DNA of 30,589 nucleotides from an uncultured Neomegalonema sp. (GTDB lineage Bacteria > Pseudomonadota > Alphaproteobacteria > Rhodobacterales > Rhodobacteraceae): contig CALDZQ010000153.1 of assembly GCA_937944035.1 (NCBI GenBank), forward strand, positions 1-30,589. Reading direction: 5' to 3'. Positions 14,874-23,100 of this stretch are shown one piece after another; position 1 is the stretch's first letter; each line of letters starts with the position of its first letter. The position numbers and the translations under genes are program-made. The notes under the pieces were generated by a model, which worked only from the letters and a program-made list of their open reading frames with translations, was not told where the DNA came from and searched no databases.

Positions 14874-15538
14874 CCGACAGAGCCGCCCTTACCCTGATGG
14901 GCGCAACCCTCGCCATCGCCTTCACCGCCGCGCTGACCTTCACCCGTGACAGCACCCGCCCCTGCACCGAGCGCGTGTTTCTCAGCGATAACGACTCCTA
15001 TTCATGGGGCACAATCACCCGCTGGGGCAGCGGCTATCTCACCGCTTTCCACGTCATCGACAGCGGCCAGATCGTCGACGGCCCCGCCGTATCAAGCATC
15101 GGCGACCTGCCCGCCACCGATTTCAGCTTTCTGACGGGCGCAGCCATCAAATCCGACCCCGCCAGCATCCCTGCCCCCCAAGGCGCGGTGACGCTGGAGG
15201 GTTTTCCCGCCCGCGCGACCATGCGAGAGCGGCTGAACGGCACAGTCTACGCACCGGACACTGTCCCGCCCGGCATATGGGTCATGCTCGACCACCCCGA
15301 ACCGCTGGTGGGTGGCTTCTCCGGTGGCTGTGTGCGCGATGCTGATAACGAGGTCGTCGCCGTCATCATGGGCGCATCCTCAATGAAGCTCGACGGCCAA
15401 ACCCGCCACTTCGCCCGCGTCATCCCAATCCGCGACGCCCTGCACGAGATCCAGGGCGCACCGCCCCCAAACACCCGCCCCCTGACCCTGCTCCCCCGCC
15501 TGATCCCGGCGTTACAGCAATGGCCCGAACGCGGATGA
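14858..15538 (+). CDS. Membrane-anchored trypsin-like (S1) serine protease, 226 aa
   Basis: ATG 14858 after AAAGGA, overlapping the lipoprotein gene end; TM ALTLMGATLAIAFTAALTF; triad motifs YLTAFHV (His), TDFSFL (Asp), GFSGGCV (Ser). Confidence 0.75.
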   Translation: MLPRLTDRAALTLMGATLAIAFTAALTFTRDSTRPCTERVFLSDNDSYSWGTITRWGSGYLTAFHVIDSGQIVDGPAVSSIGDLPATDFSFLTGAAIKSDPASIPAPQGAVTLEGFPARATMRERLNGTVYAPDTVPPGIWVMLDHPEPLVGGFSGGCVRDADNEVVAVIMGASSMKLDGQTRHFARVIPIRDALHEIQGAPPPNTRPLTLLPRLIPALQQWPERG

Positions 15539-15603
15539 TTTCCTCTGTCCCGGATTTGATGCTACCGCATTCACATCTTTTCGTGTTCGACGAACAAGGC
15601 ACA

Positions 15604-15699
15604 GTCATTCTCTGCGAAGGCAGAGAATCCAGACTCGATTGACTGAGAAATAATCTTTCAAGACACGAGGCTGGATCATCTGCCTTCGCAGATGATGAC
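15604..15699 (-). repeat. REP/MITE-like family 2, copy 3 (complete, two terminal hairpins)
   Basis: gtcattctctgcgaaggcagagaatccag ... ctggatcatctgccttcgcagatgatgac; inverted relative to copies 1 and 2. Confidence 0.85.
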
Positions 15700-15816
15700 A
15701 GTGTTTCTTTTTGAGGAGCTACCGAAATCCTCACTCAAGAGACTTTCTTACATAGATAGTGAATCGCAAATGCTCTGACCGGGGCCTCCCAACGGCGATA
15801 CAATCGAAAGCCCTGA

Positions 15817-16377
15817 ATGCCCACGCCGAGCCTACGCCTGAACCGCGCCGCCGAATACGCGGATAAATTCCTGAAAATCACCGCCGCCACCGCCCTTCTC
15901 GGCGGGGCCGGAGCCTTCACCTTTCTGAGCGATGCCCTGCGCGACAGCATCCAAGACTATTTCGGCATCAACGCCATCGTCGCCCGGATTGAGAGCATCG
16001 AGGCCCGCCTGCCCGGCCAGAAAGTCGCGATCTACGACGCGTCGTTCTCTTATATCGAAGGCCCGTGCGTGATCGGCGACGTATGCATCGCCCGCTTCAA
16101 AATCCGCCGCACCCCTTACGGCGCAGACTGCTCACAGCCCCGTGTGACGCCCTATGTCGATAATCACGGCGGCGTCAAACACCCTGCCGAATACATCGGC
16201 GGCAGCTTACGCGCGGGCGCGGATGTCTGGTCCCAAATCGAAATCCGCTTCCGCGTCCCCGCCAACGCACAGGCCGGCCGCGCCGCCTATGCCTCGCTGC
16301 AAGAATACCACTGCCCCAACGGCACGGTATCGGAGGAGTCGATCTCGTTGAGTTTTATCCTCAAAGCGGGCGCTTGA
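15817..16377 (+). CDS. Single-TM protein with 4-Cys periplasmic beta domain, 186 aa, unknown function
   Basis: Hydrophobic ITAATALLGGAGAFTFL, short coiled segment, Cys in GPC, DVC, ADC, YHC; GAAAG RBS. Confidence 0.7.
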   Translation: MPTPSLRLNRAAEYADKFLKITAATALLGGAGAFTFLSDALRDSIQDYFGINAIVARIESIEARLPGQKVAIYDASFSYIEGPCVIGDVCIARFKIRRTPYGADCSQPRVTPYVDNHGGVKHPAEYIGGSLRAGADVWSQIEIRFRVPANAQAGRAAYASLQEYHCPNGTVSEESISLSFILKAGA

Positions 16378-16407
16378 CCCAAAGGATTGCGCGGGTTCTT
16401 TTTGGAA

Positions 16408-16438
16408 CCCTCTCCCTGCGGAGAGGGCAGGGTGAGGG
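16408..16438 (+). repeat. REP-like palindrome family 1, copy 3
   Basis: ccctctcc-ctgc-ggagaggg-cagggtgaggg; preceded by a gggttc/gaaccc hairpin (16393-16410). Confidence 0.7.
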
Positions 16439-16523
16439 TTTTCTCCATCGCCACCCCAAACCCCCCCTCGACATTCCCGCCCCCCTCTGACACCCCTGCG
16501 CCGAACACGGCAGAGGGATTCAC

Positions 16524-17393
16524 ATGGACAATCTACGCGGCGCGGGGATTATGGTGCTGGCGATGCTGGGCTTCGCGGTGGAGGATATGTTCATCAAGCT
16601 GCTGGCGGACAGCTTGCCCATCGGTCAGATTATCGGGATGGTGGCGCTGGGCGGGGCGGTGATCTTCGCCACTATCTGCCGCACCCAAGGTCTTGCCCTT
16701 TTCTCGCGTGATATGCTCGGTGCGCCCGTCCTCATCCGCAATACCGGAGAGTTGATCGGCACGATCGGCTTCGTCACCGCCATCGCACTCACGCCGCTCT
16801 CCACAGCGTCCGCCATCCTGCAAGCCACCCCCCTCGTCGTCACCCTTGGGGCCGCGCTGTTTCTGGGCGAGAAAGTCGGCTGGCGGCGGTGGTCGGCGAT
16901 TTTGGTCGGCTTTCTCGGCGTCCTGCTCATCATCCGCCCCGGTACGGACGGGTTCGACATCCTGTCGCTGTTCACGCTGCAAGGCGTGCTCGGCCTCGCC
17001 ATCCGCGACATCGCCACGCGCCGAATCCCCAAATCAATCGCGTCGATGCAGCTCAGCTTCCTCGCCTTTCTCGTCCTCATCCCCGCATCCCTGATCCTGC
17101 AAGCCATGAACGGCACATGGTGGGTGCAGCCGTCGTCTCCGGAGTGGGTGCTGGTCGGCGGGTCGATCCTGATTGCGGTGGTGGCCTATTACGGCATCGT
17201 CGCCGCCATGCGTGTGGGCGAGGTCAGTTTCGTGACCCCCTTCCGCTACAGCCGCCTGTTATTCGCGCTGTTCATCGGCTTTTTCGTCTTCTCCGAGCGC
17301 CCCGACGCCCTGACTCTGCTGGGCGCAACCATCATCGTCGCGTCTGGCATCTACACCGTCTGGCGCGAGCGGAAGGTGAAGCAGTTAAGCTGA
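16524..17393 (+). CDS. DMT (EamA/RhaT) family transporter
   Basis: About 10 TM segments; LPIGQI, A..ILQATPLVVTLGAALFLGEKVGWRRWSAILVGFLGVLLIIRPG, V.PFRYSRL, FSERPD. Confidence 0.93.
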   Translation: MDNLRGAGIMVLAMLGFAVEDMFIKLLADSLPIGQIIGMVALGGAVIFATICRTQGLALFSRDMLGAPVLIRNTGELIGTIGFVTAIALTPLSTASAILQATPLVVTLGAALFLGEKVGWRRWSAILVGFLGVLLIIRPGTDGFDILSLFTLQGVLGLAIRDIATRRIPKSIASMQLSFLAFLVLIPASLILQAMNGTWWVQPSSPEWVLVGGSILIAVVAYYGIVAAMRVGEVSFVTPFRYSRLLFALFIGFFVFSERPDALTLLGATIIVASGIYTVWRERKVKQLS

Positions 17394-17837
17394 AACCGTC
17401 GGTGATTTTTCCGGTAAGTCCGGCAACCGTGCGAATATCGCCTGTTTCATCGCGTTGAAGTCATCCGCGCTCGACGTTTTCTTGTTGAACGCCGCATAGA
17501 CTTCCTTGCCGTCGCTCTCCCGATACCCCAACAGCACAATCCGCCCGCTGCTATCGAAATCCGCGAAAGTCAGCGCATCCCAGCCAATCAGCGTCGTCGA
17601 GAATACCCCGCGATGCTCAACCCCGCCTTCCCTGACCGCGCCATAGATGGGTTTGCGGATAAAACTGCGCAGCGCGAACAGCGCCCAGACCGAAAATAAC
17701 AGTCCCATCGTCAAATCGAAACCGCTGCCGGTTTGCGACCAGCGCCATAAATTCAGCCCCGCAGCGGCGGAAATCAGCGCCAGATTCAGTAAAATGAACG
17801 CAAGCGCGCGTCCGGTTCGTCTCAATTCTACGCCCAT
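17385..17837 (-). CDS. Hypothetical membrane protein (2 TM + PH-like beta domain)
   Basis: Starts 3 nt after the parE stop; two hydrophobic helices then GGVEHRGVFSTTLIGWDAL. Confidence 0.7.
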   Translation of the reverse strand: MGVELRRTGRALAFILLNLALISAAAGLNLWRWSQTGSGFDLTMGLLFSVWALFALRSFIRKPIYGAVREGGVEHRGVFSTTLIGWDALTFADFDSSGRIVLLGYRESDGKEVYAAFNKKTSSADDFNAMKQAIFARLPDLPEKSPTVSA

Positions 17838-17840
17838 GCC

Positions 17841-19823
17841 TTAAACATCCACATCTTCCGCAAACCGCGCGTTTTCCTGAATATACTCAAACCGCTTCTC
17901 GGCCTTCTTACCCATCAGCCGCTCGACAAGGCTCGCCGTCTCGCCCGGCTCAATATCCTCCAGCCGCACACGGATCAGCTTGCGTTGAGCGGGGTCCATC
18001 GTCGTGTCCTTCAACTGTTTGGCCATCATCTCGCCCAGCCCTTTGAACCGCCCGATGTCGATCTTGCCCTTGCCGCTGAAACCCGTTTCCATCAGGCGAT
18101 CGCGCTCCTCCTCATCGGCGGCATAGATCGATTTCGCCCCTTGGGTCAGGCGGTACAGCGGCGGCGCGGCCAGATATAACTTGCCCTTGGCCACGAGGTC
18201 GGGGAATTCGCGATAGAAAAATGTCATCAGCAGCGCCGCGATATGCGCGCCATCCACATCCGCGTCCGTCATGATGATAACCCTGTCATAGCGCAGGTCA
18301 TCCTCGTTATACCGCTTGCCCGGCTGAATCCCCAACGCGAGCATCAGGTCTTGCAGCTCCTGGTTTTGCGCCAGCTTATCCGCCGTGGCATTCGCGACGT
18401 TGAGGATTTTCCCCCGCAGCGGCAGCACCGCCTGAAACTTCCGGTCCCGCGCCTGTTTCGCCGACCCGCCGGCCGAATCCCCCTCGACCAGAAAAATCTC
18501 CGACCCCGCCTTGGTCGCATTCGAGCAATCGGTCAGTTTGCCGGGCAGGCGCAGGCGCTTGGTCGCCGATTTACGCTGCGTCTCTTTCTCCGCCCGCCGT
18601 CTCAGGCGGTCGTCGGCCCGCGCGATGCAGAAATCGATCACCGTCTCGGCCCGTTTCGGATCAGCCGCCAGCCAGTTGTCAAACCGGTCCCGCAGCGACC
18701 CCTCCACCAACCGCGCCGCATCCGCCGTGGACAGCTTTTCCTTCGTCTGTCCCTGAAACTCCGGTTCGCGCAAGAAGACAGAGATCATCGCCCGCGCGTT
18801 GATCATCACGTCTTCCGCCGTGATCTGCGCCGCTTTCTTGGTCCCGATCATTTCCCCGTGGGCGCGGATTGCCCGTGTCAACGCTTGGCGCAGCCCGATC
18901 TCATGCGTCCCGCCTTGCGGTGTGTGGATGGTGTTACAGTAAGACGAGATGCCCCCGTCCACCATCTGCGACCAGTGGATCGCCCATTCCACTGCGCCCG
19001 GCGTCTCGCCGAATTTCTCGGCAAAATCCGCCCGCCCCGCAAACGGCTCAGGTGACAGCGTTTCCGTCCCCTCAAGCTCGGCTGCCAGAAAATCCGCCAG
19101 CCCGTTCGGGAAGTGAAACACCGTTTCTTCCGGCGTTGCATCCCCGTCCTTGATGAGCGCCGCGTCACATTTCCAGCGGATTTCCACGCCCCGGAACAGA
19201 TACGCCTTCGAGCGCACCATCCGCAGCAACCGCGCGGGCTTGAACGTCGCCCGCTCCCCGAAAATTTCAGGATCGGGCGAGAACGTCACCGTCGTCCCCC
19301 GCCGGTTCTGCGTGGCCCCGCGATCCTCAAGTCCCGTGATCGGCAGTCCGCGCGAGAAAACCTGCCCGTACAGCTTTTTCTCCCGCGCCACCTCGACCTC
19401 CAGCCGGTCCGAAAGCGCGTTGACGACCGAAACACCCACCCCGTGCAACCCGCCGGATGTCTGATACGCTTTGCCGGAGAATTTCCCGCCGGAATGCAGC
19501 GTTGTCAAAATCACTTCCAGCGCCGATTTATCGGGAAAGCGCGGATGCGGGTCCACAGGGATACCCCGCCCGTTATCGCGCACCGTCACGGAATTATCCG
19601 CCCGCACATGAATATCGATCCGGTTCGCGTGGCCTGCGACCGCCTCGTCCATCGAGTTGTCCAGCACCTCCGTCACCAGATGGTGCAGCGCACGCTCGTC
19701 CGTACCGCCGATATACATGCCGGGCCGTTTGCGCACAGGTTCAAGGCCTTCAAGAACCTCAATATCCTCGGCGGAATACGCTTTTGACGCGGCGTCGTTT
19801 TGGGCAAATAGGTCAGAAGACAT
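17841..19823 (-). CDS. parE: DNA topoisomerase IV subunit B
   Basis: EGLEPVRKRPGMYIG, DNGRGIP, GGLHGVGVSVVNALS, EGDSAGGSAKQARDR, PLRGKILNV, IMTDADVDGAHI, RFKGLGEM..QLKDTTMDP; 660 aa, lacking the GyrB insert. Confidence 0.95.
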   Translation of the reverse strand: MSSDLFAQNDAASKAYSAEDIEVLEGLEPVRKRPGMYIGGTDERALHHLVTEVLDNSMDEAVAGHANRIDIHVRADNSVTVRDNGRGIPVDPHPRFPDKSALEVILTTLHSGGKFSGKAYQTSGGLHGVGVSVVNALSDRLEVEVAREKKLYGQVFSRGLPITGLEDRGATQNRRGTTVTFSPDPEIFGERATFKPARLLRMVRSKAYLFRGVEIRWKCDAALIKDGDATPEETVFHFPNGLADFLAAELEGTETLSPEPFAGRADFAEKFGETPGAVEWAIHWSQMVDGGISSYCNTIHTPQGGTHEIGLRQALTRAIRAHGEMIGTKKAAQITAEDVMINARAMISVFLREPEFQGQTKEKLSTADAARLVEGSLRDRFDNWLAADPKRAETVIDFCIARADDRLRRRAEKETQRKSATKRLRLPGKLTDCSNATKAGSEIFLVEGDSAGGSAKQARDRKFQAVLPLRGKILNVANATADKLAQNQELQDLMLALGIQPGKRYNEDDLRYDRVIIMTDADVDGAHIAALLMTFFYREFPDLVAKGKLYLAAPPLYRLTQGAKSIYAADEEERDRLMETGFSGKGKIDIGRFKGLGEMMAKQLKDTTMDPAQRKLIRVRLEDIEPGETASLVERLMGKKAEKRFEYIQENARFAEDVDV

Positions 19824-20167
19824 GGGGACTCGATGTTCTTGTTGTGTTTGGTGATGTCACGATGAATAGCCCAGTTTCGTCATCAAGGGAAGGGTCGGTT
19901 CGTTCCGCGCAGCTTTGCGGGCGGTTGCGTTTCCCCAAGGTAAGCATTCAACGCGGTTGAATCCGCTAACACTTTATTATTTAACAAAAAAAACCACACA
20001 TGATGATGATTAAATGTACGTGGTTTACTTATTATCAAACCCTCTATCGCACAGTGCATTTGACTAAAATTTGAGGTGATAGCGCGAGACGCAGGGGAAA
20101 AATCCTCCTCTCATTATTCCAGCGATCAAACAACGCGACGGGGTGATCTCGTGGTGAAGGAGAAACT

Positions 20168-23100
20168 ATGTCCATTATTTCGGGTCTTTCAAACGTTGCA
20201 GGCACGGCAAACGACGATCTTCTTTTCGGCGCACCGGATGGCGGGGCAGGGCATACGATCACGGGTGGTGACGGCTCTGATCTCATCTTCGGCAACCACA
20301 GCCCTATCGTAACGGATGCGGGGTCTGATGCGGCCACCGCCCTCGACCTCACCGCTTCCGACTCCCCGTGGAGCCTTGGCGAGAACCCGGACATCGCTGA
20401 TGCCACAAGCACACCGCATCTGTCCGTCGTGCGCGAAGGTGCAGGCTCCGATGACTGGTTCGCTTTCACCCTCGTCGCCGGACAAGAGCTGACGCTGGAT
20501 GTGGATTACGGCTCGGACGCTTTGGGTGGCGAGATCGATACGATGGTCGATATTCTCGGCGCGGACGGCACGTCTGTTCTGGCGAGCGGAGACGATTCTC
20601 CCGCTGCTGACGGCGCGGGTGGCAGTACAAGCGACTACGATTCTTTCCTTACCTTCACCGCACCTGGCGATGGCGTCTATTATGCCCGCGTGTCCAATTT
20701 CTGGGGCACAGGGCCGCAGGCTGGCCAGACCTATGTGATGAATGTCTCCCTCACAGGCCAAGCCGTCTTGGCGGGGGCTTCACCCGCAAGCGACGATGAT
20801 CTGGATGGCGGCGCGGGCGCTGATACGCTCTACGGCGCTGAGGGAAATGACACGCTGGCGGGTGGCGCGGATGATGATCTGCTGAACGGCGGTTCGGGTG
20901 ACGACATGCTCGACGGCGGCGCGGGCGATGACGTTCTGATCGGCGGCTTGGGCGGCGACGTGATGCAGGGCGGCGCGGGCCGCGATACTTTCATCCAGAA
21001 CGATGACGGCGCGGCCAATGTGATTGATGGCGGCGATGCGGGCATCAACACCCTTGATCTCTCCGGCTCGGCAGCGGGTTGGTCCACTGACGGAACCGGC
21101 GGCACATCCGGCACGACAACCTTGTCCCACACCAACATCACCAACATCATCGGCACAGACCACGCCGATACCCTGCGCACCAGCGCCACGACCCTGACCC
21201 TTTCGGCAGGCGATGGCAACGACACGGTCGCGTTTGTTGACAGCACGGGCGGCGAGCGCGTGGATGGCGGTGACGGCATCGACACCCTTGATCTCTCCGC
21301 TCTGACCGCCCCGCGCACACTTGATCTTGCGGCAGGCACACTCAGCGGCGCACAGTCCGTCACGGGTTTCGAGCGCTATATCACAACCGCAGGCGACGAC
21401 ACGGTTTCCGGTTCAGCGGCAGCGGACACCGTCTCCGGCGCGGCTGGCGATGATATGATTTCGGGCGGCGCGGGCAATGACAGGCTCTCCGGCGACACAG
21501 GCAACGACACGCTCGCGGGTGAAGCGGGCAATGACGCTTTGTTCGGCGGCGAGGGTAACGATTCACTCGACGGCGGCGAAGGGGCTGACAAAATCGGCGG
21601 CGGCGACGGCGATGACATCATCTCCGGCGGCAGCGGCCGCGATGCGGTGAACGCGGGTGCGGGCGATGACACCGTCCACGGCAATGACGGCGATGACCGG
21701 ATCGACGGCGGTGACGGTGCGGATAATCTGGCGGGCGATGCGGGCGCTGACCGTCTCAGCGGCGGCCTCGGCAATGATACCCTTGACGGCGGCGATGGTG
21801 TTGACCGTCTTGATGGCGCAGAAGACGACGACCTGCTGTTGGGTGGCCTCGGCAACGATCTGCTGAGCGGTGGTGAAGGCAGTGATACGCTGCGCGGCGA
21901 TGCGGGCGATGATTTTCTTGATGGCGGCGATGCCGACGATTTCCTCTATGGCGGCGAGGGTGCTGACAGCCTCATCGGCGGCCTTGGCGATGATACGCTT
22001 GAGGGCAATGACGGTTCCGACAACATCGACGGCGGCGAGGGTGCGGACGACCTTTCCGGCGGCCTTGATGACGATACGCTCAGCGGTGGCGAAGGTGATG
22101 ACGTGTTGCGCGGTGACGCGGGCGACGATTTGATCCGGGGCGACGCGGGTGCGGACACCATCGAAGGCAATAACGGTGCGGATAACATCGATGGCGGGGC
22201 TGGCGACGATCTGCTTGTCGGGGGCGAGGGCGACGATACGCTCGATGGTTCTGCCGGAGCGGATACGCTTCAAGGCGACGCGGGTGATGACATTTTGCGC
22301 GGCGGGGACGGTGAAGATTCGCTTTCCGGCGGCGCGGGCGCTGACAGTCTTTCGGGTGGTGCGGATAACGATACGCTCGTCGGCCATGACGGTGACGACC
22401 TGATCGACGCGGGCGAGGGCGATGACCGCGTGATTGCGGGGGCTGGTGTGGACAGTGTTTCCGGCGGTGCGGGTGCTGATACCATCGATGCGAATGCCGG
22501 CGATGACAGGGTCGATGGCGGCCTCGGCGATGACAGCATTTCGGGGGGCGAAGGCGTCGACAGCCTCACGGGCGGTGATGGCGCTGACATTCTCGCGGGC
22601 GACGGGGGCGATGACATCCTCTCCGGCGATGCGGGTGGTGACAGCCTCTACGGCGGCACAGGTAACGACGATATATCCGGCGGCGCGGATGCGGATGTGC
22701 TGAACGGTGGCGCGGGATCGGATGCCCTTGATGGCGGCGACGGCGATGACAGCCTTGATGGCGGTGCGGATAACGACGTTCTCCTCGGTGGGGCCGGGGA
22801 CGATACCCTGACGGGCGGCGCGGGATCTGACAGCATCGACGGCGGCGCGGGCGTTGACACATTTATACAAAACAATGACGGGGCCGCGAACACGATTGAC
22901 GGGGGCGATGCCGGAGCGAACATCCTCGATCTCTCCACTTCGACCGCCGCATGGACCGTAGATGACGCATCGGGCGCATCCGGCACATCGTCGCTGGAAC
23001 TCAGCAACATCACGCAGGTGATCGGCACGGATTTCGCCGATGACATCTCGGCCAGTGCGGCCCTGAACACGATCGCGGCGGGCGCGGGTGATGACCTCGT

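Larger units (their letters stand above)
2..16377 (+). mobile_element. RcGTA-like gene transfer agent cluster, tail half plus linked fibre/lysis module (continues upstream of the window; right boundary uncertain, 15538 or 16377)
   Basis: Order short TMP - DUF2460 - DUF2163 - NlpC/P60 - GTA_TIM megatron matches RcGTA g11-g15. A 222-aa tape measure implies a very short tail, typical of GTAs rather than siphoprophages. No integrase or replication genes in the window. Confidence 0.88.

Noticed and set aside
12176-15819. Shared leader cctccc..aac..cgaaagccct before the fibre and the 186-aa gene; both 13300 and 15817 proteins begin MPTPS
   Set aside because: GAAAG-type RBS contexts are common in this group, and the MPTPS codons differ; too short to support duplication.
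2-16377. Intact temperate prophage instead of a GTA
   Set aside because: Very short tape measure, RcGTA gene order and host-like repeats and CtrA site favour a domesticated GTA; cannot be fully excluded without the upstream head region.
17841-19823. gyrB as alternative call
   Set aside because: The 660-aa length lacks the proteobacterial GyrB insertion, and the C-terminal QLKDTTMDP motif fits ParE.
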